Of a DNA stretch of 27,620 nt, positions 1 through 9,280 are shown in pieces. The notes under the pieces are model-generated. The model made no database searches. It saw nothing but the letters and a program-made list of their open reading frames with translations, and was not told the DNA's origin. Within the stretch, counting starts at the first letter, position 1; each line of letters opens with the position of its first letter. This stretch comes from a virus (Duplodnaviria > Caudoviricetes): positions 1-27,620 of IMG/VR virus record IMGVR_UViG_3300032277_000065. The stretch is one strand, 5' to 3'. Made by a program: the position numbers and the translations under genes.

Positions 1-158
1 CGGTACGTACGGCGGTGGTAGTAATGATAGCGTAAGCTATTATAACGAAAATACCTCTACTAATATGTTTCAATGTAAAATACAAAACGCGGGCGTAACA
101 GATAAAAAAATAGTAGTAGGTAGACGCGATAACACCGACCTAGATATAATAGACGAGA
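1..158. repeat. Terminal direct repeat / assembly overlap, left copy
   Basis: 1-158 matches 27463-27620 except C127 vs A27589 (CGC/CGA, both Arg); the reading frame continues across the join. Confidence 0.95.
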
Positions 159-361
159 ACGGTAGTACCGATACCTATACAACGGCTAGCAGTCCTACCG
201 ACGCTTTTTATTTTACCGTTGGGGGACGTTGGACGGGCTCAATAGACTTTGCAGAATTTGACGGGCGTATTCATGAGATTATTGCCTACGACAATAAGAT
301 AAGCGACGCAGACCGCGACAAACTAATTTTTTACCTAAAAAATAAATGGAATATACAATAG
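1..361 (+). CDS. C-terminal end of the large tail-tip protein starting at 23780 (LamG/ConA-like C-terminus); not a separate 98-aa gene
   Basis: Same frame as ATG 23780 after circularisation; ends FDGRIHEIIAYDNKISDADRDKLIFYLKNKWNIQ. Confidence 0.85.
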   Translation, partial: GTYGGGSNDSVSYYNENTSTNMFQCKIQNAGVTDKKIVVGRRDNTDLDIIDENGSTDTYTTASSPTDAFYFTVGGRWTGSIDFAEFDGRIHEIIAYDNKISDADRDKLIFYLKNKWNIQ

Positions 362-594
362 AACTTACAGACGAAAAACAAACTTTAGACCTAGAGTATC
401 TTTATACTTATGAGGACTTAACTAAACACCTTAACGATTGTATAAACGTAATAGCCCCTACGTTGGATATATTGCCAGATTTTAAAGAGCATTATACACC
501 TAGTAACATAATGGACTATTACGACAAGCTAAAACGCAACTACGAGGTAAGGCTAAAACAATGGAAAAATAGAGGGGCTTTATGGAGCAATTAG
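346..594 (+). CDS. Hypothetical protein (82 aa)
   Basis: ORF overlapping both neighbouring genes, A-rich start context. Confidence 0.7.
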   Translation: MEYTIELTDEKQTLDLEYLYTYEDLTKHLNDCINVIAPTLDILPDFKEHYTPSNIMDYYDKLKRNYEVRLKQWKNRGALWSN

Positions 595-2300
595 TATTTG
601 ATATAGAGATACGCACCAAGCTAGACAAGGCTATAGACCAACTAAGCGAGGTAGCAGACCAAACCGAAAAAATAGCCGAGAGTACTAGCGCTATGAGTAA
701 GGTAGGTAAAGCTAGTTTAGGCGCTATAAAAGGTTTAGCGGGTGGCTTTAAGGGTCTAGGTTTGGCTATGAAAGGGACGGGCTTACTTTTGCTTAACGAG
801 GCTTTTAAAATGCTAAAAGAAATTATAATGCAAAACCAACCCGTAGTAGATGCCTTAGAAAAAGGTACTACCGCGTTAGGAATTGTATTTAACCAAGTGG
901 CAGACTTTGTAAGTAATTTAGGACAACAAATATTTAACGCATTTTTACAACCTCAAAAAACTATAGATAGTATAAAAGAAAAGCTAATAGGCTTTAAAAA
1001 TTATATAGTAGATAAGTTTAGCGGAGTAGGTACAATACTTACGGGTATTTTTAGCTTTGATATGGATATGATAAAGTCGGGACTTGAAGAGGTAAAGGGC
1101 GACTTTAACGACTTTAAAGAAGACGCTACCGCAGTATATGAAAACGTAAAAGACGTAGCGGTATCTACTTTTAACACAATAGTAGAAGAAAGTAAAAAGG
1201 CTATAAAGACCGCCGACGTATTAGTAGAGCAACGTAAACAAGTAGAACTATTAGAGGCGGGGCAACAAAAACTAATGCTACAATATCAAAACCAAGCAGA
1301 GCTACAAAGACAAATAAGAGACGACGAAAGCCTAACCTTTGCAGAACGTATAAAAGCAAACGAAGAGCTAGGGCAAATATTAGACAAGCAACTAGCAGAA
1401 GAGCAAAGCCTAGCACAAAAAAAACTAGACTTAGCTAAATTAGAGTTATCGGTAAACGAGGATAACCTAGAACTACAAAAAGCAGTTATAGAAGCCGAGA
1501 CAGAAATAGTAGATATAGAAGAGCGTATAACGGGGCAACGGTCAGAACAACTAACAAACACTAACGCCCTAATAAAAGAACAAGCCGAGGCTATAAACGA
1601 GTTAAGGGTAGCGGGACTAAGCGAGCGAGAGGCAGAACTAGAACAGTTAAACCAAGACTACCAACACAAACTAGACTTAGCACGTAAAAGCGGAGTAGAT
1701 ACGGTAGCAATTACCGAAGAGTATAACAAGCAAGTAAATGACGCAAATAAAAAGTTTAGACTAGAGGATATAGCCACACAAAAAGCACTAGACCAAAAAG
1801 CTATAAAGCAAAGGCAAGCAAACGTAAACGCTTTAGGTCAGACTATCAAAATGGCGAGCGCTTTATTTGAAGAGGGTAGCGTAGCGCAAAAAGGTTTTGC
1901 CGTAGCTAGTGCGGTTATGGACACTTATAAAGCCGTTAATATGGCGTTATCTAGTGCACCGCCCCCGTTTAGTTATATACAAGCGGGTATAAGTTTAGCT
2001 ATGGGTCTTAAAAATGTTAAGGAAATAATGAAAGTAAACCCTAAAAGCCCTAAAGCGCCTAGCGGTGGCGGTGGCGGTGGTGGTGCTAGTGCGGGGTCTG
2101 GTGGCGGACAAAGGCAAGGCGTAAATATGAGCGGGGTACATAGTGGTATAAACCAACTACAACAAGGCGCAGATTTTAACCTAGGGCAAAGCCTCGACGC
2201 GTTCGGGGGCGATAGTCCTATACAAGCCTACGTAGTACAACAAGACGTAGAAGAGCAACAACAAGTAAGTACACAAATACAAGAAAGAGCAACTTTATAA
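582..2300 (+). CDS. Tail tape measure protein (572 aa)
   Basis: Ala/Gly/Leu amphipathic N-terminus, long coiled-coil centre, hydrophobic patch and Gly-rich linker near the C-terminus, ending IQAYVV. Confidence 0.8.
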   Translation: MEQLVFDIEIRTKLDKAIDQLSEVADQTEKIAESTSAMSKVGKASLGAIKGLAGGFKGLGLAMKGTGLLLLNEAFKMLKEIIMQNQPVVDALEKGTTALGIVFNQVADFVSNLGQQIFNAFLQPQKTIDSIKEKLIGFKNYIVDKFSGVGTILTGIFSFDMDMIKSGLEEVKGDFNDFKEDATAVYENVKDVAVSTFNTIVEESKKAIKTADVLVEQRKQVELLEAGQQKLMLQYQNQAELQRQIRDDESLTFAERIKANEELGQILDKQLAEEQSLAQKKLDLAKLELSVNEDNLELQKAVIEAETEIVDIEERITGQRSEQLTNTNALIKEQAEAINELRVAGLSEREAELEQLNQDYQHKLDLARKSGVDTVAITEEYNKQVNDANKKFRLEDIATQKALDQKAIKQRQANVNALGQTIKMASALFEEGSVAQKGFAVASAVMDTYKAVNMALSSAPPPFSYIQAGISLAMGLKNVKEIMKVNPKSPKAPSGGGGGGGASAGSGGGQRQGVNMSGVHSGINQLQQGADFNLGQSLDAFGGDSPIQAYVVQQDVEEQQQVSTQIQERATL

Positions 2301-2309
2301 ATTAAAATT

Positions 2310-2912
2310 ATGACCAAAATAGTAGAACTTATTATAGACGACGAGGCGCTAGAAAACCAAGACGGCGTATTTGCTATAAGCCTAGTAAACCAACCCGCTA
2401 TACAAGAAAATTTTATAGCACTAAAACAAGCTAGTAAAAATATAGAGGTACAATTTAACGACCTAGATAAAGAGCAACAACTACTAATAGGCGCGGTACT
2501 GATACCTAACAAACAAATACTAAGAGTAGACGAGGACGGTAAAGACTACTACGTATACTTTAGTAAGGAAACAATACGAAAAGCTAGCGAGCTCTTTTTT
2601 ATGCGTGATAAACAACACAACCACACGCTAGAACATAATAAAGATATAACTAACCTAACAGTAGTAGAGAGTTGGATAAAGACAAGTAAAATAGATAAAA
2701 GCCATGAGTACGGTTTTAAAGACTTGCCTATAGGGACTTGGTTTGTATCGGTAAAAGTAAACGACCGTACGGTATGGGACAAATACGTTAAGAGCGGTAA
2801 GGTACAAGGCTTTAGTATTGAGGGTTATTTTACAGATAAGCAGACAACACTAAGCGAAGACGAGAACATACTAAACCGTATACGTAAAGTTATTCGCGAG
2901 AGCGGGCTATAA
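2310..2912 (+). CDS. Prohead protease, XkdF-like serine protease
   Basis: AISLV..PAI, GAVLIP, H, GTW and GFSIEG motifs; lies upstream of scaffold and capsid. Confidence 0.8.
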   Translation: MTKIVELIIDDEALENQDGVFAISLVNQPAIQENFIALKQASKNIEVQFNDLDKEQQLLIGAVLIPNKQILRVDEDGKDYYVYFSKETIRKASELFFMRDKQHNHTLEHNKDITNLTVVESWIKTSKIDKSHEYGFKDLPIGTWFVSVKVNDRTVWDKYVKSGKVQGFSIEGYFTDKQTTLSEDENILNRIRKVIRESGL

Positions 2913-3144
2913 ACTTATCTTTACTTTGAAAGTCTAGGGCATAATGACACTTGTAACAGAGTAGTCTAATATTGTCGGGGTCTAGTCTTAACTCGGGGTA
3001 TAAGCCTTTAGGTTTTATATGGGCAAAGTGCCACGCTTTAGCCTCGTTACCTAAATGCTCTTTACAGTTAGTACAAACGTGCGGGCGTGCTTGCCATATC
3101 TTAAAAAATAGGGCTTTCTCGCCCGTCTTTTTTCTACGTTTCAT
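2890..3144 (-). CDS. HNH endonuclease (Zn-binding)
   Basis: CTNC...AHIKPKG...NIRLLCYKCH pattern; the only convincing minus-strand gene. Confidence 0.8.
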   Translation of the reverse strand: MKRRKKTGEKALFFKIWQARPHVCTNCKEHLGNEAKAWHFAHIKPKGLYPELRLDPDNIRLLCYKCHYALDFQSKDKFIARSRE

Positions 3145-3163
3145 TTTTTATTTAAAGATAAAC

Positions 3164-3191
3164 TAACTTTTATAAAAAGCATCTTTGTATA
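3164..3191 (+). promoter_or_regulatory. Putative late promoter, TAACTTTT-N11-CTTTGTATA
   Basis: Same bipartite motif at 19843-19871; both copies lie just upstream of structural gene blocks. Confidence 0.55.
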
Positions 3192-3211
3192 GGTGTAACT
3201 TATACTTAAAT

Positions 3212-3775
3212 ATGAAAAACACTATTAACCAAATTAAAGCCATTTTAGGAATGGAAACTAACGAGGTCGAGCTTATGGCGGAGGCTATGCTAGTGGACGG
3301 TACTAAAATTGGTACAGATGCTGAAAAATTTGAGGACGGCGTTCTAGTATTCGTAGTAGGTGAAGACGGCGAAAAAATGCCACTACCTACGGGAGAATAT
3401 GAAGTAGAGGGCGGCGCTAAAATGGTAGTAAGCGACGGAGAAATTACAAGCCTTACGCAACCCGAAGAGGACGGCGAAGAGGCAGACCTTAAAAAGGACG
3501 AAAAAGAAGAGGAAGAGATGAGCGCGGAGACCGTAGACTTATCTAACTACGTTACTAACGAAAACTTAGTAGACGCCTTAGAGCTTATTCGTTCTGAATT
3601 TAAAGACACCGTAGAGGGTCTTACTAATGAGAATACAGAACTTAAAGAGACTGTACAAAAACTTAGTAAATTATCGGCAGTAAAGCCACTAAAACACAAT
3701 GCACCAACAAGCCCTAGTAAAATAGAAACGGGTAACAAGCATTTAGATATTATTTTAAACGCTAAAAACAACTAA
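3212..3775 (+). CDS. Capsid scaffolding protein
   Basis: Acidic, with an LPTGEY motif and C-terminal coiled coil; directly upstream of the capsid gene. ATG 3212 preferred over TTG 3185. Confidence 0.7.
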   Translation: MKNTINQIKAILGMETNEVELMAEAMLVDGTKIGTDAEKFEDGVLVFVVGEDGEKMPLPTGEYEVEGGAKMVVSDGEITSLTQPEEDGEEADLKKDEKEEEEMSAETVDLSNYVTNENLVDALELIRSEFKDTVEGLTNENTELKETVQKLSKLSAVKPLKHNAPTSPSKIETGNKHLDIILNAKNN

Positions 3776-3779
3776 TAAA

Positions 3780-4751
3780 ATGGCAAATAAAAAACACGAA
3801 TTTAACTATCCTGTAGTAACAAACAACACTTACGCGGGCGAGTTGGCACTACCTTACATTACAAGCGCGGTAGCATCTAACTCAATAGAAAACGGCTACT
3901 TAACATCTTTAGCGGGTGTACGTAACAAAGCGGTAGTTTCTTCTTTAGTATCGGCTGACCCTATCGTAGGCTCGGCTTGTGGTATTACTAACGGCGACAA
4001 CTTAACTTTAGACGAGGCAGTACTTACAACTACCGACGTAATGGTAAACGAGGCATTATGTAGAGGTAAACTGTACCCAACTTGGGTAGCGTCTCAAATG
4101 AACGGGTCAAGAAACGGCGAGCCTACAGACTTTATAGACTTTGCGGCGTCAGTTGTTGCGGGACAGTCAGCTCAACAAGTTGAACAATTTATTTATAAAG
4201 GGTCTACTACTTTAGGTACGGGTCTTATTTCTAACGACGGTGCTATTGACAACGACGGAGTACAAGCGGGTAAATTATACCTAGCGGCTAACTATATCGA
4301 CTTAGGGGCGGCACTTGCAGAGGGTAATATCTTAGCTAAAATGCAAGCGGCATATGACAAAGCCGTAGACCAATGCGCGGGTATCTTAACACATGACGAC
4401 TGTCAATTCTTAGTAAGCCCTAAAACTTACGCTTTATACTTAGGTAAATTAGCGTCTAACGGTGGCGGTTACGAGCAAAGAGGATATAACCAAAAATTCG
4501 GCGCAGTATCTTACTTAGGCGTAGCGGTTAATATGGCACAAGGTATGCCAGACGACGCAATTATCTTATGTAGAGCGTCTAACTTATTTGTAGGTACTAA
4601 CTTAGGTACTGATATGACAGAGATGCAAGTTATACCAAGATACCAATACGACGGTAGCGACTTTATTCAGTTAGTTATGCGTTTCGGGATTGGTGTACAA
4701 GTAGGTCTTAAATCTGATTGTATTCTAGCAGTAAATCAAACTATATCATAG
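3780..4751 (+). CDS. Major capsid protein (probably HK97 fold)
   Basis: 323 aa with N-terminal TYAGELALPYI as in Bacteroidota-phage capsid proteins; follows protease and scaffold; terminator downstream. Confidence 0.85.
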   Translation: MANKKHEFNYPVVTNNTYAGELALPYITSAVASNSIENGYLTSLAGVRNKAVVSSLVSADPIVGSACGITNGDNLTLDEAVLTTTDVMVNEALCRGKLYPTWVASQMNGSRNGEPTDFIDFAASVVAGQSAQQVEQFIYKGSTTLGTGLISNDGAIDNDGVQAGKLYLAANYIDLGAALAEGNILAKMQAAYDKAVDQCAGILTHDDCQFLVSPKTYALYLGKLASNGGGYEQRGYNQKFGAVSYLGVAVNMAQGMPDDAIILCRASNLFVGTNLGTDMTEMQVIPRYQYDGSDFIQLVMRFGIGVQVGLKSDCILAVNQTIS

Positions 4752-4768
4752 TTGGTACGACTTATTAC

Positions 4769-4794
4769 GGTGGGGCTTTATGCCCTACCTTTTT
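4769..4794 (+). terminator. Rho-independent terminator after the capsid gene
   Basis: GGTGGGGC-TTTAT-GCCCTACC followed by T5. Confidence 0.8.
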
Positions 4795-4816
4795 ATAACC
4801 TTTAAAATATAAAAAT

Positions 4817-5371
4817 ATGAGTTGTAGCATAGCAACGGGTAAAAGTATACTTTGCCAAAATGACGTAGGGGGTATAGACCAAATAGCCCTAATAAGCGGT
4901 ATAGATGCTAATAGACTTAGTACAGTAACAGTAACTAGCGGGGTAGCCTCGGCAGTAGAAACGGCTAGCGCGTCAGCGGGTACTTGGTACGTAATAGACT
5001 TAGATAAATACCAAAGTAATTTTAACCAAACTATTGTTACAAGCGATAGCGGGGTAGCATACCAACAAGACCTAGAGATAGTTTGCAGAGGCGTACAAGG
5101 AACTACTATTGATTTATTCGAGGATATAGTAGCGGGTATATGGCAAATTATGATAAGAGACAATAACGGTATTTACTACCTAATGGACTTTAAAAAAATG
5201 GTACGTTGTAGCGGTGGGTCTTTTATTCATAACGGCGATACGGCACTAGCTGACCCTATAGGGTTTACTTTACAGTTTAGCGCTATGGGTACAGAGCCCG
5301 CAATAAATATGACAAGCGCGCCCGAATCTGTAACGGCTAGTAAAATTACTTTAAGCGGTACACAAATATAG
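4817..5371 (+). CDS. Major tail tube protein
   Basis: MSC.I..G....C....GGI N-terminus, D.NG.YY and GFTLQF motifs; beta-rich 184 aa; terminator downstream. Confidence 0.7.
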   Translation: MSCSIATGKSILCQNDVGGIDQIALISGIDANRLSTVTVTSGVASAVETASASAGTWYVIDLDKYQSNFNQTIVTSDSGVAYQQDLEIVCRGVQGTTIDLFEDIVAGIWQIMIRDNNGIYYLMDFKKMVRCSGGSFIHNGDTALADPIGFTLQFSAMGTEPAINMTSAPESVTASKITLSGTQI

Positions 5372-5396
5372 AACGGTTTATTTGATTAGTTAAATT

Positions 5397-5434
5397 AAAG
5401 GTGGTAGGAGTTGAAAGCCTTACCGCCTTTTCTT
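5397..5434 (+). terminator. Rho-independent terminator after the tail tube gene
   Basis: AAAGGTGGTAGG...CTTACCGCCTTT followed by TCTT. Confidence 0.7.
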
Positions 5435-5446
5435 ATATTTACAGAT

Positions 5447-5614
5447 ATGAAAATGAAACTAAAAAAGAAATATATAGGTAGCGCAGTATATTGTCCTAAA
5501 AAAACTATACTAAGCGATAACTTACCCGAGCATTTACTTACAACTATTTATAAACTAAACCCTAATTTATTTACTAGTGTTAAGCCTAAAAAAAATACCG
5601 AACTATCGGAATAA
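5447..5614 (+). CDS. Small basic hypothetical protein
   Basis: ATG at 5447 or 5453, after the terminator; the track's TTG 5411 start lies inside the hairpin. Confidence 0.55.
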   Translation: MKMKLKKKYIGSAVYCPKKTILSDNLPEHLLTTIYKLNPNLFTSVKPKKNTELSE

Positions 5615-6095
5615 AATAACGGTTAATTACTCTAGTAATTTGTTTAGTAATGCAATAAACAAGAGTAAACCCGTATTTATACCTAATTCTACGCACCAAG
5701 TACCTACTGTATTAAGTGCGCCTACACACTATTTAATAGAATTAATAGAACAAACTACGGGTAAGGTATACGATACGCTACTACAAAAGTCTAAAGAGAG
5801 TAGTAACGCTAGGTATATTACTTTTGACCTACGTATAGATTTAGCTACGCTAGAAACCCCAACGCGCAACGGTGTAATAGGCTTAGATAACGCGGGTAAA
5901 TACGACTATAATATATACGGCGTACTAGAAAACGCAGACTACCCCGCAACGGTGCAAGGTAAGAGCGACCAAAACGCGCGTATACTTATAGATAAGGGGG
6001 TAGCTATGGTTTACGATAGTTACGACTTTACTAATACATATTATAACCCCGATAGGCAAACTATACCTACGGTAATATCTTATAAGAATGAGTAA
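5577..6095 (+). CDS. Hypothetical virion protein (beta-rich)
   Basis: 172-aa ORF overlapping the portal start. Confidence 0.65.
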   Translation: MLSLKKIPNYRNKITVNYSSNLFSNAINKSKPVFIPNSTHQVPTVLSAPTHYLIELIEQTTGKVYDTLLQKSKESSNARYITFDLRIDLATLETPTRNGVIGLDNAGKYDYNIYGVLENADYPATVQGKSDQNARILIDKGVAMVYDSYDFTNTYYNPDRQTIPTVISYKNE

Positions 6096-8220
6096 GCTAC
6101 ATACATTTAATAACTCTTACGAGTATACAGACGATAGCGAAGTAGTAAAGAGCTCAGACGAGTACGTAAGCTACGGACAGAATAACGACTACCCTAACTA
6201 CCTTATAGACTTATACCAAAAGTCTAGCGTACACAATGCGCTTTGTAATTCTATAGCGTCTTGGATATATGGCGACGGGGTAACAAGTCCCGACAAAGAC
6301 GTAAAGGTAGAGGCTTGGGCTAAGTTTTTGCAACTATTCGATAAGGGCGTAGGTAAAAACACTATACAAAAATGCGTTTTAGACCTTAAAGTACAAGGCG
6401 GTTTCTATTTGTCTTTATCTTATTCCTTAGACCGCACTACTATAACAGACGTAGAGCATATACCTTACGAGAATATGAGAACGGGCGAAGAGACCGACGG
6501 CAAAGTAGATTTTTACTACTATTCTAAAGATTGGAGTAACGTAAAAAAGGCGGGTTACGATAAAGTCAAAGCCTTTGACCCCGAACAAAAACACGCTTTT
6601 CCAAGTCAAATAGCTTGTTTTAAAATGTATAGCGTAGGGTCTTACTATTACCCAAAGCCCGACTATCAAGGGGGACTAAATTATATTAACCTTGATAAGA
6701 ACGTAAGCGAATACCACCTAGCAAACATACAAAACGGTCTAGCGCCTAGTTTTTTACTATCATTTAACCAAGGTATACCTAGCGAAGAGAAACGCAGAGA
6801 GGTAAAACGCCAAATAGAAAACGAGTTAAGCGGGTCTAAAAACGCGGGTAAGTTTATACTTTCATTTTCAGACGACCGCGCCAACGCTCCAGAAATTACA
6901 AGTTTTGCACTCTCTGACGCTGACAAGCAATATGAGTTTTTAAGCAAAGAAATAACTAACAAAATTATGATAAGCCATAGAGTAGTAAGCCCTCGTTTAT
7001 TTGGGGTAAACTCTGACGGTGGCGGGCTTGGTAATAATGCGGACGAGTTACGTACGGCTAGTATATTATTTGAACAAACAGTAGTAACGGGCTATAGGGA
7101 CTTATTAACCGAGGCGCTAGAATTAATAATGTTTGAAGCGGGCGAGGGTATAAAATTAGAGTTTGAAAGCGCGCAACCATTTAGCGAAGAGGTAGAGGTA
7201 AAACGTACAGTAGAAGAGGTAGAGGCTACTAGCTTATCTAGTGAAAAAAAAAAGAAGAAACGCAACTATAAAACCCAAGACGACGTAGACCGTACACCTA
7301 CTAAAGGTATGGTAGAAGAGGCTAAAAAGGGTTTAGAGTGGCGTAGAGAATATAAGCGAGGCGGTACAGAGGTAGGAGTAGCTAGAGCTCGAGATATTAG
7401 CAACGGTAAAGACCTTAGTATAGATACTATTAAACGTATGTACTCTTACTTTGAACGCCATGAGGTAGACAAAAAAGGGCAAGGCTTTAACATAGGCGAC
7501 AAAGGTTTTCCTAGTGCGGGGCGTATAGCTTGGGCTCTTTGGGGTGGCGACGCGGGTCATAGTTGGAGTAGAAAAAAGGTAAAAGAGGTAGCTAATCTAA
7601 GCGAAAACGTACACCTATGCGACGAGGACGCTCACAAATGGCTAGAATACCTAGACAAAGTAGGCGAGGTAGTAAATACTAACTCTTGGGAACTTGTAGA
7701 AGAAACAGAGATAGACGACACTAAACTAGAGGCGCAATATCATAACGAGCCGTATAAGTTTTTTAAACGATACGCTAACCCCGAGGAAAAGAGTAAAACC
7801 GATAAGGGACTATTTAAAGTACGTTATAGATATAGTAGAAACCTAAGTAAGAATAGCCGTTTATTTTGTAAGAATATGGTAGCAAACGCAAAGCTAGGAG
7901 TATCTTATAGGTACGAGGATATTAGACAAATGGGTAAAGAGGGTATAAATGGCGAGTTTGCCCCAGAGGGTAAAAGTACTTACTCTATATGGGAGTGGAA
8001 AGGTGGGGTATATTGCCACCATAAATTTATACGTCAAGTTTGGAAACGTAAGCGAAACGCAAGCGGACAATTTTTACCAAACGACGGGCTTAATAACGAT
8101 ACAGAAGTAAGCCCAAATACAAGAGGTACGGGTATAACAAACCCTAGAGGGTGGCGTAAGTCTAGTACCCCTACAATAGATTTACCTAATAGAGGAAGTT
8201 TAAAACATAAAAACAAGTAA
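6088..8220 (+). CDS. Portal protein with a central helical domain and a C-terminal MuF/minor-head-like domain
   Basis: YG..NDYP..L..LY..S..H, YYP.PDY and NG.APS portal-type motifs in about aa 1-365; WALWGG domain; SRLFC...KGGVYCHH C-terminus. Confidence 0.8.
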   Translation: MSKLHTFNNSYEYTDDSEVVKSSDEYVSYGQNNDYPNYLIDLYQKSSVHNALCNSIASWIYGDGVTSPDKDVKVEAWAKFLQLFDKGVGKNTIQKCVLDLKVQGGFYLSLSYSLDRTTITDVEHIPYENMRTGEETDGKVDFYYYSKDWSNVKKAGYDKVKAFDPEQKHAFPSQIACFKMYSVGSYYYPKPDYQGGLNYINLDKNVSEYHLANIQNGLAPSFLLSFNQGIPSEEKRREVKRQIENELSGSKNAGKFILSFSDDRANAPEITSFALSDADKQYEFLSKEITNKIMISHRVVSPRLFGVNSDGGGLGNNADELRTASILFEQTVVTGYRDLLTEALELIMFEAGEGIKLEFESAQPFSEEVEVKRTVEEVEATSLSSEKKKKKRNYKTQDDVDRTPTKGMVEEAKKGLEWRREYKRGGTEVGVARARDISNGKDLSIDTIKRMYSYFERHEVDKKGQGFNIGDKGFPSAGRIAWALWGGDAGHSWSRKKVKEVANLSENVHLCDEDAHKWLEYLDKVGEVVNTNSWELVEETEIDDTKLEAQYHNEPYKFFKRYANPEEKSKTDKGLFKVRYRYSRNLSKNSRLFCKNMVANAKLGVSYRYEDIRQMGKEGINGEFAPEGKSTYSIWEWKGGVYCHHKFIRQVWKRKRNASGQFLPNDGLNNDTEVSPNTRGTGITNPRGWRKSSTPTIDLPNRGSLKHKNK

Positions 8221-8225
8221 ATAAA

Positions 8226-8492
8226 ATGGCGTTAGATACAAGACAAAAAAGTAAAGCAAGATATACCAAGGGCGAAGTAGCCCAAACAGTAACACCAAGC
8301 AATAGTTTAAAAGTAAGCGACGTACCGTTTAACTTATACGTAGGTACGGGGGGCGACTTAAAGGTAGATACAATAGACGGGCAAACGATAACTTTAAAAA
8401 ATGTAGCTAGCGGTACTTATCTTGATTTTATCAAAGTAAATAAAGTATATTCAAAAGGTACAACCGCAAGCGATATTATAGCAATACACTAA
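8226..8492 (+). CDS. Head spike base protein (RcGTA Rcc01079-like)
   Basis: VTPS...LYVGTGGDLKV...NVASG...KV...GTTASDI pattern. Confidence 0.7.
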   Translation: MALDTRQKSKARYTKGEVAQTVTPSNSLKVSDVPFNLYVGTGGDLKVDTIDGQTITLKNVASGTYLDFIKVNKVYSKGTTASDIIAIH

Positions 8493-8496
8493 AATT

Positions 8497-9051
8497 ATGG
8501 CTTTACCTACTCAAGTAATATTTGTAGACGCTGACTATATAAAAGCATATAGTCAAGTTGGGGGCAGTATAGACGAAAAATATTTTTTACCCGCTATACT
8601 AACCGCTCAAGATAAATACATACAACCAATACTAGGTACTAATTTATATAAGTATCTCAAAACAAATGTAGCTAGCTTACCTACTGCATACGCTACGCTT
8701 ATGGACGATTATATAAGGCGTACGGTTATGTATTGGTCTTTAGTAGAGTTATACCCTTATTTATCTAATAAGGTTTTAAATAGCTCTATTTCGCAAATTA
8801 GCGGGGATAACGCAACGCCAATAAGTAAAAGCGAGGTAGATAGTCTAATAGCTAAAGAACGTAATAACGCGCAATTTTATAGCGAGCGTTTAATAGACTA
8901 TTTACAAAATAACAATAGCACCCTAGCAGAATATAACGCGGGTAGCGGTGCGGATATGAGCCCTATTACTACAATATACTACGAGAACGGTTTAACTATT
9001 TCGGGAGCTCCGACTTATAACCCGTATATGTGGATAAAACCTAAAAAATAA
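8497..9051 (+). CDS. Head-tail adaptor-like protein (DUF6712-like)
   Basis: I.TAQDKYIQPILGTNLY motif; helical; downstream of the portal. Confidence 0.6.
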   Translation: MALPTQVIFVDADYIKAYSQVGGSIDEKYFLPAILTAQDKYIQPILGTNLYKYLKTNVASLPTAYATLMDDYIRRTVMYWSLVELYPYLSNKVLNSSISQISGDNATPISKSEVDSLIAKERNNAQFYSERLIDYLQNNNSTLAEYNAGSGADMSPITTIYYENGLTISGAPTYNPYMWIKPKK

Positions 9052-9149
9052 TGGGGCGTCCTAAAGGCAGTAAAAATAATAAAGAGCAATACGAGAAATT
9101 ATTAAAGCTCTACCTAGAAAAAAAAGGTAAAAAATGCAAGACAAAATAG
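9051..9149 (+). CDS. 32-aa basic peptide with AT-hook-like GRPKGSKN motif
   Basis: MGRPKGSKNNKEQYEKLLKLYLEKKGKKCKTK; TAATG coupling to the upstream stop; absent from the ORF track. Confidence 0.55.
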   Translation: MGRPKGSKNNKEQYEKLLKLYLEKKGKKCKTK

Positions 9150-9280
9150 ACACCGTAGTATTTAATACTATAAACGCGGGAGCGGTTGGTATTACCTTTG
9201 TAGATATAGAGCAAGCGCTTACAATATTACTATTAAGTACGGCTTTATTGTATAATATTAAAAAGCTATTAGACAAATGA
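9134..9280 (+). CDS. Small membrane protein, candidate holin (48 aa)
   Basis: MQDKIDTVVFNTINAGAVGITFVDIEQALTILLLSTALLYNIKKLLDK; ATGA overlap with the endolysin start. Confidence 0.6.
   Translation: MQDKIDTVVFNTINAGAVGITFVDIEQALTILLLSTALLYNIKKLLDK

Noticed and set aside
2061-2110. GGT/GGC tandem repeat
   Set aside because: It encodes the poly-Gly linker of the tape measure protein.
2972-3166. Plus-strand 64-aa ORF
   Set aside because: TTG start and no motifs; it is the shadow of the minus-strand HNH gene.
5411-5441. TTG-N20-TATATTTA as a host-type promoter
   Set aside because: The -7 box is imperfect and overlaps a terminator hairpin; it could be chance in AT-rich DNA.
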